The notes: generated by a model from the letters alone, not told the origin. A stretch of DNA of 64,000 bases from Candidatus Campbellbacteria bacterium (GCA_002698305.1 NZWR01000004.1:4347-68346), one strand, 5' to 3'; numbered from the stretch's first letter, positions 37,442 to 47,661 are shown. Numbers and translations are program-made.

Positions 37442-38268
37442 AGTGTAAATAAATTAAGTGTAGTTATTACCACAAGCCATGTGCCCAAAATAAGAAATGG
37501 AGCAAATGGAACCTCTGCCTTCATTATACGGGTATTAGAACCGAGCAGCAATCGTTTGCTTGATATTTTATTCACTATCATAATTATTACAGCGTAGGCT
37601 GCCCCTGCCCAAAATGAAAAGATAACAGCACTAAAGCCTGCGGAGACACCTAACAACAAACCAATACCTACCATAAGTTTTGGGTCACCCAGCCCAATAA
37701 GCTTTCCTTTTGAAAAAAGCCAAATTAATGCAAATGGAAGCGGGACGATAATCCCAGCAAGTACATGCATCCAGTCAATCGCTAAAGCTGTTGAAAGAAC
37801 AAAACCAGCATCGAAAAAGAAAATACTTAGGAAGGAGAGGAACCCGAAAGCAAGCGAAAGACTGTCAGGAATTATTTTATGTCTTAGATCGTAGAGCAAA
37901 ATAATAACAAGGATACTAAATAACAGAGAGAGGAAAATCGTTCCTATAAGATAAGAAAATGATAGAACATTAGCTATATCATAAAAGAATGCTCTGAACG
38001 CAATACCTGCAAAAAGCAATCCTGTCGTAAGTTCTCCAAAAACATACATTGGACTAATTTTACTTTTACATGACCGACATCTTCCTTTTTGAAAAAGCCA
38101 AGAAAAAACTGGAAATAATTCATACCATCGCAGCTGATGCCCACAGGAATAGCACCCGGAACGACCCTCAAGACTTTTACCAGTATTAAAACGCAGCGCA
38201 ACAACGTTTAAAAAACTTCCTATTAAAAAACCAAGGACACCCCAAATAATTGTAAAAGGAACTAGCAT
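37438..38268 (-). CDS. pilD: Prepilin peptidase / N-methyltransferase (A24 family)
   Basis: 276 aa, polytopic. CysxxCys pairs CYSCGHQL..CRSCKSKI and conserved Asp-containing TM segments. Confidence 0.85.
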   Translation of the reverse strand: MLVPFTIIWGVLGFLIGSFLNVVALRFNTGKSLEGRSGCYSCGHQLRWYELFPVFSWLFQKGRCRSCKSKISPMYVFGELTTGLLFAGIAFRAFFYDIANVLSFSYLIGTIFLSLLFSILVIILLYDLRHKIIPDSLSLAFGFLSFLSIFFFDAGFVLSTALAIDWMHVLAGIIVPLPFALIWLFSKGKLIGLGDPKLMVGIGLLLGVSAGFSAVIFSFWAGAAYAVIIMIVNKISSKRLLLGSNTRIMKAEVPFAPFLILGTWLVVITTLNLFTL

Positions 38269-38274
38269 ACACTG

Positions 38275-38910
38275 TTATTGATTGTTCGTACTTCTAAAAT
38301 CGTATAGTCCCCAGTCATCATCATCTTCAGGATTGGCTGAGCCAAAATCATTATTCGACCCCTGACATCTTTGGGCATCGGTTCCTCCTGGCCGTAGTGC
38401 CTGCCTATCTTCAAAATCATGATCATCATTAAGATATATCGACCTATCTTCTCCTTTTTCAATTGCATGCTCAAGCTCAGTACCTATATGGTATTCATAA
38501 CATGGTCCGCCAAGGCTATCTGAGAGTGCCGCATAGAAAAATCCTTCAGGAGTAATTGATCCCGAGTCGACAAGTCCAGCCGATACTGTTTCAAAACCAT
38601 CCGGTAACTCAGGTAGTGTTGGTAGTTCGGCTATTACGTCACCTAAACTAAAGGGTTGACCATTGAGGGTACAGGTACCAAATTTTGCATTGTTAGCACT
38701 GAGATCTAGCTCATTTGGATAGGCATTACAGATGCGACGATATTCTTCTAATGCAAGTCGCACTTCATCAATTCCTGCTACCCGTAGATTTTCACGTGAA
38801 TTCTTTTTAGTATCTCCGAGGCTTGCTAAAACCATCGTCAGCAATATTGCAATTCCAGCTATTACCACCATAAGCTCAACAATAGTAAATCCTTGTTTAT
38901 TATTTCTCAT
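38275..38910 (-). CDS. Type IV pilin (second, larger pilin)
   Basis: KQG|FTIVELMVVIAGIAILL. Confidence 0.75.
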   Translation of the reverse strand: MRNNKQGFTIVELMVVIAGIAILLTMVLASLGDTKKNSRENLRVAGIDEVRLALEEYRRICNAYPNELDLSANNAKFGTCTLNGQPFSLGDVIAELPTLPELPDGFETVSAGLVDSGSITPEGFFYAALSDSLGGPCYEYHIGTELEHAIEKGEDRSIYLNDDHDFEDRQALRPGGTDAQRCQGSNNDFGSANPEDDDDWGLYDFRSTNNQ

Positions 38911-38948
38911 GGCTTGATTATACCAGATAGATCATTAAATTTCTGCAT

Positions 38949-38973
38949 AAAAAAAACTCATATAGATGAGTTT
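38949..38973 (-). terminator. Terminator after pilA
   Basis: aaactcat-atag-atgagttt, with a T-run on the minus strand. Confidence 0.65.
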
Positions 38974-38982
38974 AATTTAAGC

Positions 38983-39384
38983 TTAACAAGATGTTCCTGT
39001 TGGTGCTGCTGCTTGATCTAGTTCTCCTGCAAACCCTGTTGAGTCAGCACAGAAGAATACTGTGTTAGTACCAGCTTTGTTCATTTGAGATTGGATCATG
39101 AATCCATTAGCATCGTCTGTACAAGTAGCTGTTCCTGGTGAATCTGCTGTAGCAGATGCTACGATAGCAACAATTTGTGAATCTGTACAAACTGCGTCGT
39201 AGTTTCCATCATTAACTGCAACAAGTTCTGCTTGCGCTCGTGACGCTGAGATTGATGCTGAGATTGATGAATCTCGAGCTGAATCTCGAGCTGAACCTAG
39301 TGATGTAAGAACAATTGCTGATAGAATTCCGATAATCGCAATCACAACAAGAAGTTCAATAAGAGTAAATCCTCGTTTTTTCAT
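38983..39384 (-). CDS. pilA: Major type IV pilin
   Basis: 133 aa, MKKRG|[19 protein letters not shown], with a C-terminal Cys pair. It has its own promoter and terminator. Confidence 0.8.
   Translation of the reverse strand: MKKRGFTLIELLVVIAIIGILSAIVLTSLGSARDSARDSSISASISASRAQAELVAVNDGNYDAVCTDSQIVAIVASATADSPGTATCTDDANGFMIQSQMNKAGTNTVFFCADSTGFAGELDQAAAPTGTSC
39245..39292. repeat. Two adjacent 12-bp tandem duplications inside pilA
   Basis: gctgagattgat x2 followed by gaatctcgagct x2. Together they encode [17 protein letters not shown]. Confidence 0.9.
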
Positions 39385-39452
39385 TTCTGTAAAAAGTTAA
39401 ATAAATAATAATAAATAACCGAAATTCCTTCTTCTCAGAATTGGTTAACTTT

Positions 39453-39482
39453 ATTATAGCAAAGACCTATATAGATTCACAA
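39453..39482 (-). promoter_or_regulatory. Candidate pilA promoter
   Basis: On the minus strand: TTGTGA, 18 nt, TATAAT, about 65 nt upstream of the pilA ATG. Confidence 0.4.
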
Positions 39483-39584
39483 TTTTAGTGTATTGACATA
39501 GTTAATTATTAGTTGTGATTCAATTATGTACAATAGATGGTCTTATCAAAACACAGCGCCTGAGGATGATCATTTAAAAAAATA

Positions 39585-39607
39585 AAACAAGTCAACATGA
39601 CTTGTTT
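39585..39607 (-). terminator. Terminator after pilC
   Basis: aaacaagtca-aca-tgacttgttt, with a T-run on the minus strand. Confidence 0.65.
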
Positions 39608-39612
39608 ATAAT

Positions 39613-40818
39613 TTAAATATTTCCCGCAACACTGTAAATTGGAATCATCACTGACATGAGGAGACCTCCAACTCCAAGTCCAAGCAGAATAATCATAGCA
39701 GGCTCAATTAATCCAATCAAAGTGTCAACCGCACCTGTTACTTCTTTGTTATAAAAGTTCGCAAGGGTCTTAAGAATTTTACCAACTGACCCAGTCTCTT
39801 CTCCAACCTTAATCATTTGCACCATAATCTGAGGAATCTCTTCGTGCCTATCAAAAGCACTTGAAAGACTATTACCTCCTTTTACCTGCTCAACAGCGTC
39901 TTCAAGCACCTCTTGGAATACTTTATTCCCAACAACGTCCCCCGCAATTTCAAGCGTTCGTACGACTGGGATACCTGAGGTCAACATCGTATTGATGTTA
40001 TCTGAAATACGTGCAAGATAAATTTTTCGGTACAGATTACCAAAACCAGGAAGACTGATCTTTAATCTATCAAACCACGCACGCCCTGATTCAGTAGCAA
40101 GAACACGCCCAATAGCAGCTCCGGCCACTACCACCAAAATAAGAAGTACCCATCCGTAGTTAACAAAAAAATCAGAAATACCGAGGGTAACCTTAGTATA
40201 GGCTGGAATTTCACTTCCTTGCCCTTCGAGGATTCCTGCAATCTGAGGAATTACCTTTACCAACATAAGAATCATGACTCCAATGAAGGTAGTAATAATA
40301 AATGATGGATACACCAAGGCATTTTTTGTTTTAGAGGTGAGCGCGTAACTCCGCTCAAGGTAATCAGCCAAGAAGATAAAGGTCTCGGTTAACTGCCCTG
40401 ACTCTTCTCCTGCTCGAACCATATTTACATAGAAGTTAGAAAAGACCTTTGGCTGTTTTGCCATGGCTCCAGAAATTGATGTTCCTCCTCTAATATCATC
40501 CGTCACTTGGGCGAGTGCTTTTTGAATACCTTTACTTTCAGAGTTTTGCCCCAATAGCTCAAAGGTTTTCACCGCTGAAACTTGCGCTTCAAATAATGTT
40601 GAAGCTTGTTTTGACATTAACACAATGTCTTTCATCTTTACCCCCCCTAAAAATGGAATATCTCCCCCGAAAATACCTCCTTGTTTATCAGGAACGACTG
40701 ATACGACAACATATTCACGACGTTGGAGTGTTGCAACAGCAATCTCACTTGAGGCTGCTTCAATTTGCCCTTTTTTTTCTTGCCCCTCTTTGGTGACAAC
40801 TTTGTAGTTAAATAACAT
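39613..40818 (-). CDS. pilC: Type IV pilus platform protein PilC
   Basis: 401 aa with two T2SSF-type repeats and three TM segments. Confidence 0.88.
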   Translation of the reverse strand: MLFNYKVVTKEGQEKKGQIEAASSEIAVATLQRREYVVVSVVPDKQGGIFGGDIPFLGGVKMKDIVLMSKQASTLFEAQVSAVKTFELLGQNSESKGIQKALAQVTDDIRGGTSISGAMAKQPKVFSNFYVNMVRAGEESGQLTETFIFLADYLERSYALTSKTKNALVYPSFIITTFIGVMILMLVKVIPQIAGILEGQGSEIPAYTKVTLGISDFFVNYGWVLLILVVVAGAAIGRVLATESGRAWFDRLKISLPGFGNLYRKIYLARISDNINTMLTSGIPVVRTLEIAGDVVGNKVFQEVLEDAVEQVKGGNSLSSAFDRHEEIPQIMVQMIKVGEETGSVGKILKTLANFYNKEVTGAVDTLIGLIEPAMIILLGLGVGGLLMSVMIPIYSVAGNI

Positions 40819-40825
40819 ATGACAA

Positions 40826-41884
40826 TTATATCATTGAATCGAGTAATTTAGGATTAAGTGAATGCTGATAGGCCTGATCAACAGTAATATGACCTCGTTC
40901 AACAAGATCAATAAGTGATTTATTCATATCAATCATTCCCTTTTCACTTCCTGTTTCAATCACGGTGTTAATTTCATGGGTTCGTCCTTCCCGAATAAGA
41001 TTTGCAACTGCTTTAGTGTTAATCATAAGCTCGTATGCTGGAACCATTCCACCACGCTGTGATTTAAGTAATCGTTGTGAGAAAATTCCAATTAATGAAC
41101 CAGCTAGTTGTGCTCGAACCTGATTTTGTTGATTTGCTGGAAACGAATCAATGATTCTATCAATTGTTTGTGCCGCGCTATTGGTGTGGAGTGTTGAGAA
41201 CACAAGGTGTCCTGTCTCGGCAGCCGTTACTACCGTGTTGATGGTTTCTGAGTTTCTCATCTCTCCTACCATGATAACGTTTACATCTTGCCTAAAGACT
41301 GCTTTTAATCCCGTTTCAAATGACAAGGTGTCAATACCAACCTCTCGTTGATCAATAATTGATTGATCATCTTTGAAAATATATTCAATAGGGTTTTCAA
41401 TAGTAACAATATGTTCTTTGCGGGTTTGATTAATCATCGAAAGCATAGCCGCCATAGTCGTTGATTTTCCTTGTCCAACAGGACCTACCACCAAGAAGAG
41501 CCCTTGTTCTTTTTGGGTAAACTGATTAAGAATTTCAGGTAGATTCAGTTCACTCATTTCACGAACTTCTTGAATAACCCTAAATGTTAAGTTAATTCCC
41601 CCACTCTGAACATACGCTGTTGAACGAAGGCGCAGCTCGTCATGGAATGAATATGAAAAATCAATTTCCTCAAGATTCATAACCTTAGTGAGTTTCTCCT
41701 CATTTACAATCTCCTTAAGAATACCAAAGGTATCTTCTTTACTTAATACTTCCCTGGCTTCAAGAGTAATTAATTCACCTTCAACACGCATAATAGGTTT
41801 TCTATTAGGTGATAAATGAAGATCAGAGGCATTCTCTCGTTCAACAGTTAGTAATAAATTTTCAAGTAATTGTTTATAGTTCAT
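40826..41884 (-). CDS. pilT: Type IV pilus retraction ATPase PilT
   Basis: 352 aa. Walker A GPVGQGKSTT and PilT-type AVANLIREGRTHE. Confidence 0.85.
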   Translation of the reverse strand: MNYKQLLENLLLTVERENASDLHLSPNRKPIMRVEGELITLEAREVLSKEDTFGILKEIVNEEKLTKVMNLEEIDFSYSFHDELRLRSTAYVQSGGINLTFRVIQEVREMSELNLPEILNQFTQKEQGLFLVVGPVGQGKSTTMAAMLSMINQTRKEHIVTIENPIEYIFKDDQSIIDQREVGIDTLSFETGLKAVFRQDVNVIMVGEMRNSETINTVVTAAETGHLVFSTLHTNSAAQTIDRIIDSFPANQQNQVRAQLAGSLIGIFSQRLLKSQRGGMVPAYELMINTKAVANLIREGRTHEINTVIETGSEKGMIDMNKSLIDLVERGHITVDQAYQHSLNPKLLDSMI

Positions 41885-41887
41885 ATA

Positions 41888-43606
41888 TTATAATTCGTTA
41901 ATTTCACTAAACGGAACTTCTTTATCTAAACCTTTCAGAATAGCAGCTTCTTTTAGGGTGATCATTCCTTTTCTTCGCGCTGCCTGATAAATATTTTGTT
42001 CTGTTGGGTCATTTAAAATGATATTCTCCATTTCTTTATCAACCTCATACATTTCAAGAATCGCAGCTCGACCAGACATCCCGTTCGGTGCATCTTTAGT
42101 TGGTTGAACGGTGTACAGATTTCTATCAAGATCATATTTTACTTTATGTTCTTCAGGCATATCTGCAAATTGTTCTTCAATCATTTTCTTAACACTCGCC
42201 TCTTCTTTAACAGGTACTGCTGCTCCTGGTGCAATTCTACGAAGTAATCGCTGAGCAACACCTAAAATAAGAGTAGGAGCAATAAGGTATGGATCAACCC
42301 CCATATCCACCAGACGCGGAATAATACCGAAGGAACTATTGGTGTGGAGTGTCGCGAATACCAAGTGACCAGTCAGCGCTGCCTGAATAGCAAGATTTGC
42401 GGTTTCTTTATCACGAATCTCCCCCACCATAATTACATCTGGATCCTGACGCACGATACTTCGCAATCCTTCAGCAAAGGTATACCCAATATCAGCACGC
42501 ACCTGAGATTGGTTTACCCCCGGGAATTGATATTCAATTGGGTCTTCAAGAGATACCACATTCTTTGTATCCCTATCCACCTCTCCAAGCATCGAATACA
42601 GCGTGGTGGTCTTACCTGATCCAGTAGGTCCAGTAATAAGAATCAGTCCATGCGGTCGATCAATTGCGTACCGAATCATTCGCTCCTGTTCTTCTGAAAG
42701 GCCAAGCTTATCTAATTTTCTAATTCCTTTTTGAGAATCCAAAACACGAATTACTACTTTTTCACCGTGATAGGTAGGCATAATAGAGACACGAAATGAG
42801 ATTTTTCTTCCTTCAATAATTGCCTGAAAACGTCCATCCTGAGGCTTTCTTCGCTCATCAAGTTTCATCGATTTCGTCATAATCTTGATGCGAGCTACCA
42901 CCGCTGCATGAGTAGCCTTCGGCACCTCAAGAAATACTGACAGCTGTCCATCGATTCTAAATCGAACCTTCACATCTTCACCAGTGTGTTCAATGTGAAT
43001 ATCTGAAGCATTTTCAGCTACTGCATGCTTGATAATAGCTGCAACCATTTTAGTAATCGGGGCATCTTCTTTAATAGTCTCACCTTTTGAAGGATCTGCT
43101 TGCTGGTCTTCTTCTGGAGTCTGAGGGATATCTATGTCAACATATTCGTGAACCACATCACTTACCTGACCTGAAAGCCCAGAGTAGCTTTCCATAATGG
43201 TTTCATACCCATGCTCAGTAATCGCATACATCTCATAGGGTATTCCTGTTTCAGCAGTAATAAACTGCAGAACATTTTGAGCCTCGATATTTCGAGGGTT
43301 AAGCATTCCAACCTGCAGAATACCATCTTCCGTCTTACCAAAAGCAACCATTTGATACGTGCGTGCGCTGTCTTCCGGAATTAGTTTTACAATATCATCA
43401 TCTACTTCGTTGTAATCAATTTGATATTTCTTGAGACCGAAGTAACTACTTTTTGCATCTAAAAGAGCCTGGTCATTAATTCCCATTTCTTTAAGAATCT
43501 TCTCAATCGTTAAATTTTCTTTTGTTGTGCGTTCTACGATTTCATCAATTTGATATCTATTGATGAGCCCACGTTCCACCAGACTTTCAAGGAAATTCAT
43601 AATCAT
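41888..43606 (-). CDS. pilB: Type IV pilus assembly ATPase PilB (GspE family)
   Basis: 572 aa. N-terminal T2SSE_N-like domain and Walker A GPTGSGKTTT. Confidence 0.88.
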   Translation of the reverse strand: MIMNFLESLVERGLINRYQIDEIVERTTKENLTIEKILKEMGINDQALLDAKSSYFGLKKYQIDYNEVDDDIVKLIPEDSARTYQMVAFGKTEDGILQVGMLNPRNIEAQNVLQFITAETGIPYEMYAITEHGYETIMESYSGLSGQVSDVVHEYVDIDIPQTPEEDQQADPSKGETIKEDAPITKMVAAIIKHAVAENASDIHIEHTGEDVKVRFRIDGQLSVFLEVPKATHAAVVARIKIMTKSMKLDERRKPQDGRFQAIIEGRKISFRVSIMPTYHGEKVVIRVLDSQKGIRKLDKLGLSEEQERMIRYAIDRPHGLILITGPTGSGKTTTLYSMLGEVDRDTKNVVSLEDPIEYQFPGVNQSQVRADIGYTFAEGLRSIVRQDPDVIMVGEIRDKETANLAIQAALTGHLVFATLHTNSSFGIIPRLVDMGVDPYLIAPTLILGVAQRLLRRIAPGAAVPVKEEASVKKMIEEQFADMPEEHKVKYDLDRNLYTVQPTKDAPNGMSGRAAILEMYEVDKEMENIILNDPTEQNIYQAARRKGMITLKEAAILKGLDKEVPFSEINEL

Positions 43607-43652
43607 TTACATTGTAACAAAAAAAGCACGTGTTGAAACGTACTTAGCTCTA

Positions 43653-44120
43653 TTATACTTGAGGAATATCACTCTGCCCTCCGGTATCTGTTGTCCCGGC
43701 GCTTCCAGAGCTACCAGCACCTCCCGATAGACTTGAATCAGGAAGCGTTTCATTTTGGAATTGACTATTTGCCGCAAAGTCAAAGCCAATAGGGAGAAAC
43801 GGGTTTGGCCGTCCAGCAGGGCCTGGAGCTGGAATCCTAAACCGACTGTCTTCGAGCATAGCAAAGACTGGATTTGAAAAAATTTCATCATCCAAAGCAA
43901 TAGTTCTGATATTACCGAGAATGCGGAGAATATCAGCATTTGCAAGCTGTGTGTCTGTTTCTTTAATTTGTCCGTAGGTATCTGAATTTACGATAGAACT
44001 CAATGTACCACTATCTGTTGGAACATCAGGGTTACCATTTACAAACGCATACCCAGCTACAAGCACTATTGCCACAAAAAGTCCGATAATAATATTTCTT
44101 ATTGTTTTCTTATTTTTCAT
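43653..44120 (-). CDS. Hypothetical TM-anchored protein within the pilus operon
   Basis: 155 aa with an N-terminal TM helix and a G/S/T-rich tail. It occupies the slot between pilO-like and pilB. Confidence 0.4.
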   Translation of the reverse strand: MKNKKTIRNIIIGLFVAIVLVAGYAFVNGNPDVPTDSGTLSSIVNSDTYGQIKETDTQLANADILRILGNIRTIALDDEIFSNPVFAMLEDSRFRIPAPGPAGRPNPFLPIGFDFAANSQFQNETLPDSSLSGGAGSSGSAGTTDTGGQSDIPQV

Positions 44121-44133
44121 AGTAGTGGCTCTT

Positions 44134-44691
44134 TTAAATGTTATCTTTTAACCAGTAAGTATCAACGGTGATATCAAAGCTAAATGATGTTGTTGAATCT
44201 CCATTAGGTGAAATATTGATAGCTTTGATATCAGTTATGCGAAGATTTTTTTCTATATCTTTTAAGAATAAAATAAAATCTTGATAATCACCTTCGATAG
44301 TAAAATCAAGTGTTACCACCCCGTAGTCATTAGTCTCTACGTCGAAGCTTGTATTTTGTGAATCATCTTCCTCCTCTTTGTCTGCAGCAGCTGCAGCAAT
44401 TTCAAGGTTTCTCCGCCCTGCAATTTGCTCAAATTCTAAAATTAACCGAACATTATCTGCTGAGTCAGGGATAAGTTTTTCAAGACGAGCTATATCAACT
44501 GCTTGTAGAGCTTGCTCTTTTTCAAGAAGATCATCTCGTAATGCCCGCAACGTTCGTGCATTATCAAGAACATCATCAAGCTCTGAACCTTTTGTCTGAA
44601 GCTCTTGTACTTCAGCATACTGAGGTTGAACAACGAGAACGAAGGTCGCTATTGACACCAGGGTTACAATTATTGGAATAATATTTTTCAT
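44134..44691 (-). CDS. pilO: PilO-like pilus assembly protein
   Basis: 185 aa with an N-terminal TM helix and a coiled coil (AEVQELQTKGSELDDVL). Synteny after the pilN-like gene. Confidence 0.45.
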   Translation of the reverse strand: MKNIIPIIVTLVSIATFVLVVQPQYAEVQELQTKGSELDDVLDNARTLRALRDDLLEKEQALQAVDIARLEKLIPDSADNVRLILEFEQIAGRRNLEIAAAAADKEEEDDSQNTSFDVETNDYGVVTLDFTIEGDYQDFILFLKDIEKNLRITDIKAINISPNGDSTTSFSFDITVDTYWLKDNI

Positions 44692-44703
44692 AATAACAAT
44701 CGA

Positions 44704-45402
44704 TTAATTAGTAAATGCTCCGAAGTTAATGTCTTCTCCTTCTTGAAACTGATCACCGTTATTATCAATTTCAATAATAGCTGAATCAGGTACGATAATA
44801 TCTGATTCATCTCTATCATTTGACTGACCAAAGATAAGGAGTTCTGGATTTACGGTGAAATCTAAGCTGAATGATATTCTTCCTATATCAGTTTTTGCAA
44901 AATCTTGGAAGATATGATTTTGAATATATCGGTTGTCTTCGTAAATATCAGATTGCTGGGCAATTTGAAGATATCCACGTGCTTCACCTGAAAGAGACAC
45001 AGTGGATCCTTCTGGATCATATTCAAAAGATAAATCATTGAAGCTTACATCAGGCAGTGTAGATGCAGCAAATGATTCTAGAAATCCTGAGACGGCGATA
45101 TGCCTTTCCAAAAGTTCAGTTCCCGCTTGTAAACGGATATCGAGCTCTTTGAGTTTCAATATTGCTTGTGGTTCAAATTCACGTTCTACCGAATTAATAT
45201 CTTCAATATCTGCCTTGATTGATTCTGCAACACTAAATTTATATACATACACAACAGCTGTTGAAATAATAGCTACGATAAAAAGAAGAATAGACAAAAG
45301 ACTAAAGAGACTTCTTCGTGATTTTGATTTTACACTTTCAGTTTTTGGAACACTGGAAAGGTTCTTTTTTGGTATAAACGTTGTTTTAAATTCTTTATCC
45401 AT
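44704..45402 (-). CDS. pilN: PilN-like pilus assembly protein
   Basis: 232 aa. Short cytoplasmic N-terminus, one TM helix, periplasmic-type domain. Directly follows pilM. Confidence 0.45.
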   Translation of the reverse strand: MDKEFKTTFIPKKNLSSVPKTESVKSKSRRSLFSLLSILLFIVAIISTAVVYVYKFSVAESIKADIEDINSVEREFEPQAILKLKELDIRLQAGTELLERHIAVSGFLESFAASTLPDVSFNDLSFEYDPEGSTVSLSGEARGYLQIAQQSDIYEDNRYIQNHIFQDFAKTDIGRISFSLDFTVNPELLIFGQSNDRDESDIIVPDSAIIEIDNNGDQFQEGEDINFGAFTN

Positions 45403-45424
45403 ATTAAATAATACTTACTAATAA

Positions 45425-46537
45425 CTACTCAAGTCCCTGTAATGCTAATCCCGTCGCCACTGCAAATTCTGGTCCCGCCTGCCGCAAGACGTCTTCCAGA
45501 AACTCTGGAGATAATGCCTTACTGAAAGGGTTTGCATGTACGGTATTAATATTAAATCGTGCCTCTATAGTAGGTTGAATGTTTTTTAAGAGAGCACCTC
45601 CTCCGGTCAAAATAATTTTACTAATTGGCTTTTTGTATTCTTTTTCAAAATCAAAGATAACATTTTTAAGTTCAGAGAAAATATACTCTGTTCCGACCTC
45701 AATAACATTATAAGCTTCTGAGTTTGTTGCACTTTTATCAAGCCCTATTTCTCTCTTCATTGCCTCCGCTTCTTTAAAAGGTATCTCAAAAGATTTCTGA
45801 AGTGATGAAGAAATATATGCTGAACCTCTACTGATTGCTCTAAATTTTCTAACAACCCCATGCTCAACAATGCTCATACGTGTTCCTGAAGCTCCTAAAT
45901 CAATAATCATGACAGGTGATAATTCATGCTTTAGTGAGCCACGAAGTGCACTAAAGGTTTCAATTTCATATTGAATATCATTAAAAGAAAGAGATTTAGA
46001 AACGGTATTGTATCGGGTTACTACCTCATTTCGAACCGCTGCAACCAAAACATCAATGGTACTATCTTTTGATGAACCAGAGTGGTCATCACTATATGAT
46101 TCATTTTTCGGAATCATCCAATAATCAAGCGAAACTTCTGTCAGTGGTACAGGAATATATTTACGAGCTTCGTTTTGAATGACTCCTGATAATTCACGTT
46201 GGCTTATTTGTGGAACCTTGAGAATAAAAATAAGACTGGTTGCTGAAGAAATAGAGATCAAGGCGTTCGTAGCTGTTACGTTAGCCTGACTTAGTAAATT
46301 TTTAATCGCCTTGGTTAGTGGTTCAATTTCAAGGTTGGTCAATTCACCTGCTACCCCATCTTCTTTTTGATATGGACCCAAGGCCACTTCACCATAGGTA
46401 TCAAGAAGAATTCGCCCCTTTTCTTTTTTTAGTTGAACAACCTTAATGGCTGAAGAACCTATATCAATCCCGACGAAGCTATCTTTTTTTGAGCCTAAGC
46501 CGGAAAATGCTGACTGAAGGCTGTCTAATATACTCAT
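45425..46537 (-). CDS. pilM: Type IV pilus assembly ATPase-like protein PilM (actin/HSP70 fold)
   Basis: 370 aa, FVGIDIGSSAIKVVQLKKEKG..IIDLGASGTRMS. Confidence 0.85.
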   Translation of the reverse strand: MSILDSLQSAFSGLGSKKDSFVGIDIGSSAIKVVQLKKEKGRILLDTYGEVALGPYQKEDGVAGELTNLEIEPLTKAIKNLLSQANVTATNALISISSATSLIFILKVPQISQRELSGVIQNEARKYIPVPLTEVSLDYWMIPKNESYSDDHSGSSKDSTIDVLVAAVRNEVVTRYNTVSKSLSFNDIQYEIETFSALRGSLKHELSPVMIIDLGASGTRMSIVEHGVVRKFRAISRGSAYISSSLQKSFEIPFKEAEAMKREIGLDKSATNSEAYNVIEVGTEYIFSELKNVIFDFEKEYKKPISKIILTGGGALLKNIQPTIEARFNINTVHANPFSKALSPEFLEDVLRQAGPEFAVATGLALQGLE

Positions 46538-46580
46538 GAAAAAAGTATACCATACTTAACCCATGGTAAAATAGTGTGTA

Positions 46581-47198
46581 ATGAAAAAAGTATTCATATA
46601 TATGTATCGTTTTCTTTTTCCAAGTCCGTATACAGCGACAACTCTTAAAACTATCCCCCTCGCGCCTCAGCCAAATCTTGATTGGCTCTATAGTTTGTAC
46701 AGCTATCATTCTACTATGGGAAGAAAATTATTATACGATTTTAAAAGAAGAAAGGATCTTGTTCGCGACTACAATTTGGCTATTGAATTAGCAGATTCAT
46801 TGAAGGAGATCTTGTCAGAAAAACAGCAGTATGGATATTTTCTACATCCAATAATTATCACCGTACCTTTGTCGAAAATGTCTCGTAAGGAACGTGGTTT
46901 CCATCAAGTCAAGATACTTGCTCGATATTGTGCGAACATTATTGATGCCATGTACATACACAAAGCTGTAAATACAACTAGAGCTGTTCAAAAGCAAGCA
47001 CTTCTTAGTAAAAAAGAGAGGTATAAAAATGTATATAAAGCTTTTGAAATTAAACAAAAGTACATAGAACACATTGCTTATAAAGATGTGCTTATTCTTG
47101 ATGATATTATTACAAGTGGTGCAACCATGGAAGAAATACGAAGAGTTCTTAAAAGTGCAGGAGCACGAGAAATAATAGGCGTATCTATTGCGCACTAA
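46581..47198 (+). CDS. comF: ComF family protein (phosphoribosyltransferase domain)
   Basis: 205 aa. PRTase motif VLILDDIITSGATMEE. Divergent from pilM. The N-terminal zinc-finger region is not evident. Confidence 0.7.
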   Translation: MKKVFIYMYRFLFPSPYTATTLKTIPLAPQPNLDWLYSLYSYHSTMGRKLLYDFKRRKDLVRDYNLAIELADSLKEILSEKQQYGYFLHPIIITVPLSKMSRKERGFHQVKILARYCANIIDAMYIHKAVNTTRAVQKQALLSKKERYKNVYKAFEIKQKYIEHIAYKDVLILDDIITSGATMEEIRRVLKSAGAREIIGVSIAH

Positions 47199-47632
47199 TC
47201 TCTATGATATGGGTGATTGTTTTGTATGGTTTTTGAACGGTAGAGTGCTTCGGTGAGTATTAGCGTTGCTATGTCATGCGGATAGGTTAAGCGAGAAAGT
47301 GAAATCATAAGGTGAGCATCTTTTTTAAGATCTTCAGTGTGACCATCTGGTCCACCAATAATAAAAAATATATCGCCATATACTGATTCTAAATGAGTAA
47401 TTTTATTAGATAATTCACGTGATGACAAAAGATCTCCAGCTTCATCAAGTAATACCATAACACCACCGGAAACTTTCTTTCTTATTAACGCATCTACTGC
47501 TGATGCTTTTTTTTGGGTAATCTCATGAATACTAATCTTAGAAAATCGAGATAGTCGCTTGATATATTCACCTATACCCTGTCTTGCGAAAGGAAGTTCT
47601 GGTGAGCCAACGGTTATGATGTGTAGTGCCAT
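47195..47632 (-). CDS. rlmH: 23S rRNA (pseudouridine1915-N3)-methyltransferase RlmH
   Basis: 145 aa SPOUT protein, IIGGPDGHTEDL..LSLSRLTYPH. Confidence 0.88.
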   Translation of the reverse strand: MALHIITVGSPELPFARQGIGEYIKRLSRFSKISIHEITQKKASAVDALIRKKVSGGVMVLLDEAGDLLSSRELSNKITHLESVYGDIFFIIGGPDGHTEDLKKDAHLMISLSRLTYPHDIATLILTEALYRSKTIQNNHPYHRD

Positions 47633-47661
47633 ATTATTTCAATTATATAAAAAAGATGACC

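Noticed and set aside
43607-43945. A 112-aa minus-strand ORF between pilB and the 43653-44120 gene.
   Set aside because: It overlaps the better-supported 155-aa TM protein in another frame and has no start context or motifs.
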